48,882 bases of DNA from Nanobdellati archaeon (GTDB lineage: Archaea > EX4484-52 > GLR71), in assembly GCA_019429005.1 (NCBI GenBank), contig JAHYJR010000002.1, positions 104,852-153,733 on the forward strand, written 5' to 3'. The translations under genes were made by a program, and so were the position numbers. Within the stretch, counting starts at the first letter, position 1; each line of letters begins with the position of its first letter. A model generated the notes under the pieces. That model searched no databases, was not told where the DNA came from, and saw nothing but the letters and a program-made list of their open reading frames with translations. Of this stretch, positions 1 through 9,424 are shown in pieces.

Positions 1-19
1 TTATTAAATAATTTAAATA

Positions 20-1156
20 TTAAACCATTTTAAAATTCTTATAATTTTCAAGATTTTCTTTTGTAATCGCAGGGTTAACAGTATCAATCGCTTTTCTAAA
101 ATCATCTAAAATTATATAATCATTTTCTTTTGTATTAACATAACGAATAATTGCATTATATCCCGCAGCAGAAATAATATTTTTTATGTCGCGACCACTA
201 TATAACGAACAAAAATTATTTTCTTTTTTCGCCATTATATGATATATACTTTTAGGATTCACATCACTAGCAAAACAATCTTCACCAATTATTGTCTTTT
301 TAATCTCATTATTAATTATAGATATTTTTGCATCTTTATCGGGAGGTCCGACATATAATTGCATAGGTAACCGACTCAATATTGCATCATCAATCATATC
401 GGGCCTATTTGTAGAACCTATAATCGTTATATTATTATTATCTTTACTTGATGCACCATCCATTTCAACAAGAAGCGTACTGATAAATCTTAAAGAAGCT
501 TCACTTTCAGATGCATCTCTTTTTTTTGTAAGAGCGTCAATCTCATCAAGAAAAATTATACTTTTCTGCAATTTAGCAGAATCAAAAATAGCCTTAATAG
601 ATTTTTCAGAATCACCAACCCATTTTGAAATAACATCTGAAATTTTAACATCATATACTTTAATATCTGAATCAATCTCACCCGCTGCAGCACACACTAA
701 ATAAGTCTTACCACACCCAGGAGGACCATACATAAGTATACCACCTTGAGATTCAACTTTAAACGAAAGCTCATGTGATGAAGAATATACAATTCTTGCC
801 AAAAGCATATCTTTCACTGAATCCATACCAATAATATCATCAAAAGTACTATAAGATGATAAGATACAACCCTCAGTCCAACAGATATCAGATAAATCTG
901 AATTAAATAATTCTTGTGAAACGGGATTATGTTCTGATATCTGTTTAAAAATATTCCAAGATAATTCTTGAGCCTCTTTTAAATAAGTCCTACAAGTCTC
1001 TTTTAATGCAAAATCATCAGTTGATATAGCACAATTTGCAAATCCATCCTTTGCCTGATAAAAAAGACTCATTGCGATTTTACTGTCTTGAGCTGTTTTT
1101 GCACCCAATAAATTATTTTTGGCATTATTAAATAATAGCCTCTGTAATCTATCCAT
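20..1156 (-). CDS. Vps4/CdvC-like (meiotic-clade) AAA+ ATPase with N-terminal MIT-like helical domain
   Basis: Walker A GPPGCGKT, pore loop SKWVGDSEK, Walker B IIFLDEID, ESEASLR, SRH STNRPDMIDDAILSR, Vps4_C-like tail DFRKAIDTVNPAITKENLENY; about 70-aa helical N-terminus ending RTYLKEAQEL; single AAA domain, 378 aa. Confidence 0.75.
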   Translation of the reverse strand: MDRLQRLLFNNAKNNLLGAKTAQDSKIAMSLFYQAKDGFANCAISTDDFALKETCRTYLKEAQELSWNIFKQISEHNPVSQELFNSDLSDICWTEGCILSSYSTFDDIIGMDSVKDMLLARIVYSSSHELSFKVESQGGILMYGPPGCGKTYLVCAAAGEIDSDIKVYDVKISDVISKWVGDSEKSIKAIFDSAKLQKSIIFLDEIDALTKKRDASESEASLRFISTLLVEMDGASSKDNNNITIIGSTNRPDMIDDAILSRLPMQLYVGPPDKDAKISIINNEIKKTIIGEDCFASDVNPKSIYHIMAKKENNFCSLYSGRDIKNIISAAGYNAIIRYVNTKENDYIILDDFRKAIDTVNPAITKENLENYKNFKMV

Positions 1157-1181
1157 AATACCACTATCTAAATTTAGATAA

Positions 1182-1886
1182 TTATGTATATAATTCCTTA
1201 TTTAAATGAACAGTATCAGGACCATTAGGACTCTCAATAATTTCATAAGCTTTGATAATTGACGGATTATACATATTAGGATTCTGTTTAATATCATTAA
1301 TAACTCGATCAATATCTAAAACACCTTTCATACGTGCAACATCTGCATTAAGCGTATCTTTTTGCATATCTCTCTGTTTCTCTTTAAACCGTCTTATTTT
1401 GTATGCATCAATTGAAGTCTTCTGACCAAGCATATCATCAGTCTCTTGTATTATATCAATTATCCCCTCAATTGTATCAGTACTAATTGGAGTACCAAAA
1501 GTTTTTGCATCATACATTGCACGTTGCATAGAATAAATCTTATTTTTAACAGCACGATGTAAAGGTCTTAATTCATTATAACAACTTCTTGAACTAGCAA
1601 ATTCAAGCTTTACATCTGATTGCTCTTCCTGAAGCATTACCATCTGTGAAAGCAAAGCTTTTGCTTCATCATCATCATAAATAGTCTCAGAATTTGTTGT
1701 GTATTTTTCAATACTATTTAAAATCTCTGCCAACTCAATATCTATATTTGATATTGTATCTTTTGAACGTGCAATCTCAACTTGATACCGATCCATTTCA
1801 CTTTCAATTTTTGAATAAGACAACTCAAGATTATTAAGCTGTACTTCCGGACTAGTCTCTTTTTTAAAAATATCTAAAAACCCCAT
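1182..1886 (-). CDS. Coiled-coil protein, putative PspA/ESCRT-III (Snf7/CdvB) superfamily
   Basis: Amphipathic start MGFLDIFKK, SPE then long helical hairpin, DDDEAKALL turn, acidic helical C-half; SD AGGTGA; 25 bp upstream of the Vps4-like ATPase in the same orientation. Confidence 0.5.
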   Translation of the reverse strand: MGFLDIFKKETSPEVQLNNLELSYSKIESEMDRYQVEIARSKDTISNIDIELAEILNSIEKYTTNSETIYDDDEAKALLSQMVMLQEEQSDVKLEFASSRSCYNELRPLHRAVKNKIYSMQRAMYDAKTFGTPISTDTIEGIIDIIQETDDMLGQKTSIDAYKIRRFKEKQRDMQKDTLNADVARMKGVLDIDRVINDIKQNPNMYNPSIIKAYEIIESPNGPDTVHLNKELYT

Positions 1887-1980
1887 AATATCACCTAAAT
1901 TTAAAATAGTTAAATTAGGTATATATCAAAAGGTTACCATACAAAGTGTAATTTTTTATTTAAATTACTTTATAGAAAAT

Positions 1981-2010
1981 TAAATTAAATTAAATTAAAT
2001 TAAATTAAAT
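1981..2010. repeat. (TAAAT)6 tandem repeat
   Basis: Read directly; lies between the coaD-coaE 3' end and the promoter of the ESCRT-like pair. Confidence 0.9.
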
Positions 2011-2083
2011 AGATTTATATTTAAAAATTAGATTTTTAAAATTATATATTACATAAACAAAAATACTAAACAAAACAAAAACA

Positions 2084-3217
2084 TCATTTAACTTTCAATT
2101 CACCAATAATATTTTCAAAAAGTAATTTGATTTCGGACCCATCAGAAGAATCAAAATTATCAATTGTCCAAATATAACCTTGTTTATCTCGACTTATAAT
2201 CTGTTCCATCATTTTTTTCTTATCTTGATAACAATACTGGCTTTTAAGCCGTCTATCTATCTGTTCATCAGAAAAACCTTTACCTTTCAAACGCCTTTTT
2301 TGACTTGAAATATCAGTATTTACAAGTATTATATTATTATTACATAAATAAGTCATATCAGTTTCAACCATCAAAGCAGCATCAATCAAAATCAAACCTT
2401 TCTTACCATACAAATTTCGTCTTATCCTAACAAGCATAGGCGTATACATAATAGCATTCAGCTTATTTAATGCAACAGAATCATTAAATACAATATCACC
2501 TAACACTTTACGATTAATAGTTCCATCACCAACATCAACACGAGATCCAAAAGTTTCAATAATTTGCTCCCGAACCTGCTGATATTTAGGTTCTTTCAAC
2601 TTACCAAGAATATTATGACCAATCTTATCCAAATCAAGATTATGTACAGTAATTCCTTTAGCTTTTGCAATCTCTTCAAATTTACAACTAATATACGATT
2701 TACCAGAACCAATCTCTCCAGTCACACCGATTATAAATTGATTAGAAATCCGCTCTTCCAAACATAATTTCACATACAAAGGCACATATTCATGTACAAG
2801 TCCCTGTTCATTCTGAATAGATTTAACAATACTTGAACTGATATGTGCAAGTTCAGGCTTTGCAAACAAGATATAAGTATCAATACCTAATTTTTGACTT
2901 TCACCGACCTGATGCAAGATATTTTCATAATTAAAATCAGAAGCATTTCTAACACCTTTAACTATAACAAAAATACCATTCTCATACGCATAATCTACAA
3001 GAAGACCTTTAAAAGAAACAACATCAACGTTAGACAAATGAGCAGTTGATTTCTCAGCCATTAATTTTCGCTCATCCAAACTAAACATATATTCTTTAGA
3101 AGGATTGATTCCAATACCTACTAAAACCTTACCAAACACTTTAGAAGCACGTTCAATAATATCCATATGACCATACGTTATAGGATCTCCAGAAAATGCA
3201 TAAATCGCGATATTCAT
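2084..3217 (-). CDS. coaD: Fused bacterial-type phosphopantetheine adenylyltransferase (CoaD) + dephospho-CoA kinase (CoaE)
   Basis: N-half YAFSGDPITYGHMDIIERA, KGVRNASDFNYE, HISSSIVK; C-half IIGVTGEIGSGKS, LDLDKIGH, INRKVLGDIVF, RRLKSQ; ATG at 3217 preferred over upstream GTG. Confidence 0.9.
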   Translation of the reverse strand: MNIAIYAFSGDPITYGHMDIIERASKVFGKVLVGIGINPSKEYMFSLDERKLMAEKSTAHLSNVDVVSFKGLLVDYAYENGIFVIVKGVRNASDFNYENILHQVGESQKLGIDTYILFAKPELAHISSSIVKSIQNEQGLVHEYVPLYVKLCLEERISNQFIIGVTGEIGSGKSYISCKFEEIAKAKGITVHNLDLDKIGHNILGKLKEPKYQQVREQIIETFGSRVDVGDGTINRKVLGDIVFNDSVALNKLNAIMYTPMLVRIRRNLYGKKGLILIDAALMVETDMTYLCNNNIILVNTDISSQKRRLKGKGFSDEQIDRRLKSQYCYQDKKKMMEQIISRDKQGYIWTIDNFDSSDGSEIKLLFENIIGELKVK

Positions 3218-3328
3218 ACTAATAATTATCACTCAAAAGTTTAAAAACTATGTTAAAATTGAATTAAAAAATATTATTTAACAAAACATTAAAAAAATAA
3301 CAAAATATAAAGAAAAAAAAAGTAGAGA

Positions 3329-3625
3329 TTATTTAATCTCTATTTTCCCAGTTCTTGGTAAATTAATTTGAAGTTTGTCACGCCATTCTGTAACGTAACC
3401 ACCTGTAATCTCAATTGTCTTACCTTCTTTTAATAAACTTATGTTATCTTCCCATAAACTTAAATCAATCTGTCCGGAATCATCTTCAATTGTTGCTGTT
3501 GCAACCTTTTTTTGACCAAATCTAGTATTAACGACTCTTGGCTCGTCAACTTTAACAACTGTTCCCTCAACAGTAATATCTTTACTGTCTAATGTTATCT
3601 CACTTATTTTCATTGTTTTCACCAT
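3329..3625 (-). CDS. ssb: Single OB-fold single-stranded DNA-binding protein
   Basis: ATIEDDSGQIDLSLW, GYVTEWRDKLQINL: archaeal SSB/RPA OB fold. Confidence 0.85.
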   Translation of the reverse strand: MVKTMKISEITLDSKDITVEGTVVKVDEPRVVNTRFGQKKVATATIEDDSGQIDLSLWEDNISLLKEGKTIEITGGYVTEWRDKLQINLPRTGKIEIK

Positions 3626-3687
3626 TATATTATCAAATATATTATCTAAATATTTTTAATACTTACATTTATATATTTTTATAAATA

Positions 3688-4467
3688 TTGCTGATTATGG
3701 AACAAATGAAAGTAATAGATATACATTGTCATTTACAACATGAAATGTTTGATAAGGACCGAGAACAAATAATCAAAACAGCAAAAAATAAGATGCAGTT
3801 CCTCATTATTTCTGGCGCAAGACCTGATTGGAATAGAGACGCGATTAAACTTTCTGAAGAAAACCCAAATTTTGTTTATGCAACAATTGGCGTTCACCCA
3901 ATTGATTTGCAAAAAATGACTGAAGATGAATTTGAAAAAGAACTAACATATACAAAAGAAGTTAGTGATAAAATTGTTGGAATTGGTGAAGTTGGTCTCG
4001 ATTATCATTGGGAAAAAGATGAAACAAAACAAAAAATCCAATCTGAACGATTTAAAAGATATATTCAACTTGCAAATAAATTAGAAAAACCACTAATAAT
4101 ACATTCATGGGAAGCAGATAAAGAAACAATAAAAATACTTCATGATAATAATGCAAAATCTGTTGTGATGCACTGCTTTTCTGGAAAACTAGATACACTT
4201 AAAGAAGCACTTTCTTTAGGATATTACATATCATTCTCAACTATGATTGCATTTTCAAAACATCACAAAAAATTAGCAAAAAACACACCACTTGATAAGA
4301 TCTTTCTTGAAACAGACTCACCTTACCTAGATCCTACACATATCAGAAATGTTCCTTGGAACACACTTATTGTTGCAGAAAAAATTGCAAAAGTTAAAGA
4401 TTTAACAAAAGAAGAAGTGATTTTTGCAGCGATAAATAATGCAAAAAAAGTATTTGGTATTAAATAA
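3688..4467 (+). CDS. tatD: TatD family metal-dependent DNase
   Basis: IDIHCHL, GVHP, GIGEVGLDY, PLIIHS, HCFSG, LETDSPYL. Confidence 0.93.
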   Translation: MLIMEQMKVIDIHCHLQHEMFDKDREQIIKTAKNKMQFLIISGARPDWNRDAIKLSEENPNFVYATIGVHPIDLQKMTEDEFEKELTYTKEVSDKIVGIGEVGLDYHWEKDETKQKIQSERFKRYIQLANKLEKPLIIHSWEADKETIKILHDNNAKSVVMHCFSGKLDTLKEALSLGYYISFSTMIAFSKHHKKLAKNTPLDKIFLETDSPYLDPTHIRNVPWNTLIVAEKIAKVKDLTKEEVIFAAINNAKKVFGIK

Positions 4468-4483
4468 TCAAATTAATTGTAAT

Positions 4484-5110
4484 TCACATAAATTGTTCCA
4501 ATTCATATAATGAATTCAAAATAACAGAAGGACTCACATCATCCAAATCATGTTCATCTCTATTGATTAAAATATCAAGAACACCAGCAGCTTTTGCAGC
4601 AATAACATCTTCACTACCATTTCCAACATACATAGTTTTTGTCTTATCAGCACCACATAAACGTATGCATTCATTAATACCATGAGGGTCTGGCTTATAA
4701 TTGATACCATGCTCATCTCGTGCAATAACAATATGATCAAATTTATTTATACCAATAAGACCTAATTCCATTAAAGCAATTTCCTCTGGAGCTCCTGTAA
4801 CAATACCTATTGTATGACCGTATTTTCTAAGCTGATTAATAATTGAAATATCATTATAAAGTTCAATAAAAGGTTTCCTAAATGCTACAGTATCATAATT
4901 CGTAAAAGAGTTCCAAAACAAATCGGGATTAATACCAGCATTTTTCAATAATATATCCCTATGTGTACCAAACCATACATGATCAACAAGCTCATGATTA
5001 TATTCAACACCAATATCTTGAAGCGTTTTACGTACAACATCATACCGATATTCATCTCTAGTATGAACAAGTGTGCCATCAAGATCAAATATAAATGTAT
5101 TAAAACCCAT
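4484..5110 (-). CDS. HAD-superfamily hydrolase (phosphoglycolate phosphatase-like)
   Basis: FDLDGTL motif I, IVTG, KPDP, YVGNGSEDVIAAKAAG. Confidence 0.88.
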   Translation of the reverse strand: MGFNTFIFDLDGTLVHTRDEYRYDVVRKTLQDIGVEYNHELVDHVWFGTHRDILLKNAGINPDLFWNSFTNYDTVAFRKPFIELYNDISIINQLRKYGHTIGIVTGAPEEIALMELGLIGINKFDHIVIARDEHGINYKPDPHGINECIRLCGADKTKTMYVGNGSEDVIAAKAAGVLDILINRDEHDLDDVSPSVILNSLYELEQFM

Positions 5111-5237
5111 ACTTAATAATTTATGTTAAGTTTTATATTTATTAACAAAAAGAAATATAATAAATCAATTTTAAAATAAATAATATACTAAATAAATTCT
5201 AAAAAAATAATATACTAAATAAATACAAAAAAACAGA

Positions 5238-5273
5238 AAAAATAAAAAAATATGCCTTTAAAACAAGACATAT
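5238..5273 (-). terminator. Hairpin + U-tract downstream of DEAD-box helicase
   Basis: Minus strand ATATGTCTT-gtttta-AAGGCATAT followed by a T-run, about 25 nt after the stop. Confidence 0.5.
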
Positions 5274-5297
5274 ATCATTTAATTAAAACTTTTAAAA

Positions 5298-7004
5298 TCA
5301 TCGATTACTACGACGTCCACTAAAAGCTGGTTTTTTTCTCATACCACCACGTGATGATATGTTTCTTTTAGGTCCATTGCCTGAAGGATTAAATTTAGTT
5401 GTTGGACTAGAATCACTACTAGAACTTGAACTGCTTTTAAATCCGGAACTTGAACCGGAACTTCTTCGATATCCACCACTTGAACCAGCTCCATCACTTG
5501 AACCTGAACTTCTTCGATATCCACCACTTGAACCAGCTCCATCACTTGAACCTGAACTTCTTCGATATCCATCACTTGAACCAGCTCCATCACTTGAACC
5601 TGAACTTCTTCGATATCCATCACTTGAACCAGCACCATAACTTGAACTGGAACTTCTTCGATATCCACCACTTGAACCAGCACCATAACTTGAACTGGAA
5701 CTTCTTCGGTATCCTTCACCTGAAACAGCCCCATAACTTGAACCTGAATTTCTTCTAGATCCATCACTTGGACCAGAACCTCTTCTAAATCCGCCGCTAG
5801 AACCACCAGATCCACCACGACTTCCATAACTTGAAGTTCGTCTGTTACCACGACCATTATCATCTCTTGAAGGTGGTGCTCTTTCAAACATAACAGTTTC
5901 AATATCTTTTGGAATTTCCATACTGATTATATTTAAAGTTTTATCAGACAAAACATTTCGGAAATTATCATAATCCCTATCAGTCAATAAAGTTACAGCT
6001 TCACCATTTTTACCTGCTCTCGCAGTTCTTCCAACACGATGAACATAGTCTTCAGAAGTCTGAGGAACATCATAATTATATACATGTGTAACATCCTTTA
6101 TGTCAAGACCTCTTGCTGCAACATCAGTCGCTACAAGAACTTGTATATTTCCAATTTTAAGTGAATTAAGAGCATGAGTCCTTTGATTCTGCCTTAAACC
6201 ACCATGAATTGCCATAGCATCAACACCATGATTCTTAAGATTAAATGCTAAATTATCAACTTCACGTCTTGTAGCACAAAATACTAAAGATAAACCACTA
6301 GCCTCTCTTTTAACCAAATTTAATAATAATGACAATTTAAAATTCTTATTTACATTAAAATAAATCTGATTTAATTTACTTTTATCAATTCTTGTCTGCC
6401 CTTTAATAATTACAGGAGCATTTAAGTAAGTCCTTACCACAGATTCTACTTTAGGTGGTAAAGTTGCACTAAAAAGAATTGTCTGTCTTTGTTTTGGTAC
6501 AGATTTTAATATCCTATCAACATCTTCCTTGAATCCCATCTCAAACATTTTATCTACTTCATCAAGAATTAAATATTTTATGTTTTTAAGATCAATTGTT
6601 TTACGTTTAATATGATCTAATAATCTACCAGGTGTTGCTACAACAACGTCTGTTCTTTTAACATCACGTATCTGCCGACTCATGTCAGCTCCACCATATA
6701 TCGCTGTGGTATTAATGCGTTTTGATCTTCCAAAAGTCGAAAATGTATCTTTAACTTGCATACAAAGCTCCCTTGTTGGAGTTAAAACTAATGTTTGTAT
6801 ACCTTTATCTGGTGTCATCATCTCTAGAACTGGAATAGCAAATGCTACCGTTTTACCAGATCCTGTTACAGATTGACCAACTACATCTTTTCCTTTCTTT
6901 ATCTCAGGAATACACTTTTCCTGTATCTCAGTAGGCTCTTCAAATCCTTCTTTCTTAATTACTTCAAGAATAGATAGACTAAACCCAAAATCTTCAAATT
7001 TCAT
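5298..7004 (-). CDS. DEAD-box RNA helicase (CshA/DeaD-like) with repetitive S/G/R/Y-rich C-terminal tail
   Basis: Q motif PTEIQ, TGSGKT, PTREL, TPGR, DEVD, SAT, ARGLD, HRVGRTARAG. Confidence 0.93.
   Translation of the reverse strand: MKFEDFGFSLSILEVIKKEGFEEPTEIQEKCIPEIKKGKDVVGQSVTGSGKTVAFAIPVLEMMTPDKGIQTLVLTPTRELCMQVKDTFSTFGRSKRINTTAIYGGADMSRQIRDVKRTDVVVATPGRLLDHIKRKTIDLKNIKYLILDEVDKMFEMGFKEDVDRILKSVPKQRQTILFSATLPPKVESVVRTYLNAPVIIKGQTRIDKSKLNQIYFNVNKNFKLSLLLNLVKREASGLSLVFCATRREVDNLAFNLKNHGVDAMAIHGGLRQNQRTHALNSLKIGNIQVLVATDVAARGLDIKDVTHVYNYDVPQTSEDYVHRVGRTARAGKNGEAVTLLTDRDYDNFRNVLSDKTLNIISMEIPKDIETVMFERAPPSRDDNGRGNRRTSSYGSRGGSGGSSGGFRRGSGPSDGSRRNSGSSYGAVSGEGYRRSSSSSYGAGSSGGYRRSSSSSYGAGSSDGYRRSSGSSDGAGSSDGYRRSSGSSDGAGSSGGYRRSSGSSDGAGSSGGYRRSSGSSSGFKSSSSSSSDSSPTTKFNPSGNGPKRNISSRGGMRKKPAFSGRRSNR
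5458..5745 (-). repeat. 48-bp coding tandem repeat (about 6 copies, 16 aa GYRRSSGSSDGAGSSG)
   Basis: + strand unit gaacttcttcgatatccaccacttgaaccagctccatcacttgaacct recurs every 48 bp from 5458. Confidence 0.95.
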
Positions 7005-7278
7005 TTTATTATCGTCCTTTTTTTAATTAGTTAACATACAAGTATCTTACTTTTTTGATATTTTTGATATATGTTACTATTATATTATCAAATCATATTT
7101 CTGTTATTAGATATATCTTATAATTGAAAAATAAGACATAGTATATCATTTTTAGATAACTTATGATATTTTTAAAAGAATAAAGTGGTCAAAATCCAAA
7201 ATATTCTTAACCCATAATATAAAACTTCTTTATAGGGTTAGCTTTATAAACTTAACGGATTTATACAAACAACCATAA

Positions 7279-8481
7279 TCACTTAGCAGCACTTGCAATC
7301 CTAATTATATCCCTATCTTCAAGAACTTGGTCTGCCTTGATACGAATATGTTTCCTGCAATCAACCGCATAAATGAAATTAGCTCCAATATCAGTATGAA
7401 CCTTAAATGCAAGCTGTTTTGCAGTTGTACCCTTTTTTACTAATAACGCATCAGGAAAAACGTCACCTTTAGTATTTGTGTACTTATTTTCATTTTCAAC
7501 TGGATACACAACAATATAATCGAGAAGATCATATGCCGCACGATTAACACATTCTTGAACCCCTGTTGATTTAAATGCTTCAATATAACGCTTCATAATA
7601 TCAAGACCTGATTGTTGCTTATCTAAAAGCTCAATATCAAGATTCACATCAAATGAAGAACTACCAGGTTCATAATTTATAACATATTTTGATGCAGCTT
7701 GCCTTAAAGACAATTCTATTATAGCAGATGTTGGAATAATTATTTTTTCTGGATATTTCTCTTTAAGTTTTTCTAAATTATCTTTTGATTTTGGCATATC
7801 CATCTTATTTGCTGCGATTATAATTGGTTTAGATAATTCACGAACTTTTTTTGTAAAAGATAATAATGTATCAGCATCCCAACTATCACCTTTCATTATA
7901 TCAAGATCTAATTCAAATACAGCATCTTGCATATGTTTTTTTGTTATACCAAGGCCAGACAAACCAATTTCAATAGATTCCCAAGGTTCACGTTTTTCCA
8001 TTCTAAGAGACCTTACTAATTTTGTCCAATTTTTATTAATAATATTATAAAGCCACAAATTTATTTCGCGCTCAAGAAATTCAACCTCATCTAAGGGATT
8101 TGAATTTTCTGATAATTCACCCTTTTCATTTGTTGTACCTGACATATCAACAACTTGTATCAAAACAGACGCCTGCCTCAAATCGTCAAGAAACTGATTC
8201 CCCATACCTTTACCTTCACTTGCACCAGGAACAAGACCTGCTACATCCATCAATTTAACAGGGATATATCGTGTTCCAGAAATACATTTAGAATTATGTG
8301 GATTGCACTTAACATCAAGTTCAGTACAAGGACATTTACTTGACACATAACCTATAGCTTCATTAGGTCGTATGGTCGTAAACGGATGTGCATTCATCTC
8401 AACATCTGCAAGAGTCAAAGAATTAAAAAAAGTACTTTTACCAGATGACGGTTTTCCAACAATACCAATTAAATCAACCAT
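7279..8481 (-). CDS. ychF: YchF/Ola1 translation-associated ATPase/GTPase (Obg family)
   Basis: [48 protein letters not shown]-terminal TGS domain. Confidence 0.93.
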   Translation of the reverse strand: MVDLIGIVGKPSSGKSTFFNSLTLADVEMNAHPFTTIRPNEAIGYVSSKCPCTELDVKCNPHNSKCISGTRYIPVKLMDVAGLVPGASEGKGMGNQFLDDLRQASVLIQVVDMSGTTNEKGELSENSNPLDEVEFLEREINLWLYNIINKNWTKLVRSLRMEKREPWESIEIGLSGLGITKKHMQDAVFELDLDIMKGDSWDADTLLSFTKKVRELSKPIIIAANKMDMPKSKDNLEKLKEKYPEKIIIPTSAIIELSLRQAASKYVINYEPGSSSFDVNLDIELLDKQQSGLDIMKRYIEAFKSTGVQECVNRAAYDLLDYIVVYPVENENKYTNTKGDVFPDALLVKKGTTAKQLAFKVHTDIGANFIYAVDCRKHIRIKADQVLEDRDIIRIASAAK

Positions 8482-8495
8482 AAATATCACAATAA

Positions 8496-8680
8496 TCTAT
8501 AATAATTATCTATAATAATTATCTATAATAATTATCTATAATAATTATCTATAATAATTATCTATATAATTATCTATATAATTATCTATAATAATTATCT
8601 ATAATAATTATCTATAATAATTATCTATAATAATTATCTATAATAATTATCTATAATAATTATCTATAATAATTATCTAT
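8496..8680. repeat. 13-bp intergenic tandem array (TCTATAATAATTA) x about 14, two units 12 bp
   Basis: 5 units (8496-8560), 2 units with a 1-nt deletion (8561-8584), 7 units (8585-8675); no spacers. Confidence 0.97.
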
Positions 8681-8753
8681 ATAATATACAACATAAAATT
8701 AAAATATATAGTTACTAAAGCAATCTTTTATAAATCCTATTTCTTAAATAATA

Positions 8754-9275
8754 ATGATTACTATGAAAACAAAACTTTGCGATTTCTGTCTCAATGGAGA
8801 TATTGAAGCGATTCTCTGTGGTACGTGTAATATAAAACGTAAAGCATGTGAATTCAATGACACTTATGTTGAAATCGCACGCATTATAAAAAATCTTTCA
8901 AAAAAACATAATATGCTTGAAAATATTGAACTTGTAAATGTTATTGACACAAGAATGTTTATAATAATCATAGTAAATAAAAATAATGTTCCACAAATAA
9001 TAGGTAAAGATGGTCAAATTATCAAAGAGATTTCAAAAAAAATTGGAAAAACAATAAAAGTTCTTTCTGATAAAATCACAGATAATGAAGTAATAATAAA
9101 TTTACTGAAACCCTACATTATAAAAAAAATAAATATGATATACCTTATTGATGGCGAAAAACTTAAAATTATAATGTCAAAACAAGATGAAAAAAACATA
9201 ATTAATAATTACAATTCATATGAAACGGCAATAAAAATTCTCACAGGTAAAGAGATTTCAATTATATTTGAATAA
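8754..9275 (+). CDS. Archaeal NusA-like KH-domain protein with N-terminal Cys4 Zn site
   Basis: LCDFC...LCGTC; KH loop IIGKDGQIIKEISKKIGK. Confidence 0.75.
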   Translation: MITMKTKLCDFCLNGDIEAILCGTCNIKRKACEFNDTYVEIARIIKNLSKKHNMLENIELVNVIDTRMFIIIIVNKNNVPQIIGKDGQIIKEISKKIGKTIKVLSDKITDNEVIINLLKPYIIKKINMIYLIDGEKLKIIMSKQDEKNIINNYNSYETAIKILTGKEISIIFE

Positions 9276-9308
9276 ACTATCTAAAAATAGATAATCAACC
9301 AATATTAT

Positions 9309-9344
9309 ATTAATATAACAATTAATATAACAATTAAAATAACA
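9309..9344. repeat. 12-bp tandem repeat x3 (ATTAATATAACA)
   Basis: Two perfect copies and one 1-mismatch copy upstream of ABCE1. Confidence 0.8.
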
Positions 9345-9424
9345 ATACACTTACGATATTATAAAAATTAAACAATTTAAAAATTTAAACTTATTGAAAA
9401 ACGAATAGACAAAAGTGATAGTAT

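Noticed and set aside
3218-3232. GTG/TTG-extended N-termini in the ORF track (coaD, ychF, rps28e, rpoL, infB, grpE and others)
   Set aside because: The upstream GTG usually belongs to a GGTGA/GTGAT Shine-Dalgarno motif; the downstream ATG fits family N-termini better.
5339-5902. Alternative-frame ORFs 5339-5902, 5359-5640 and 5450-5758
   Set aside because: Open only because the 48-bp helicase repeat lacks stops in those frames.
8496-8680. CRISPR array
   Set aside because: Units are 13 bp, contiguous, with no unique spacers and no cas genes nearby.
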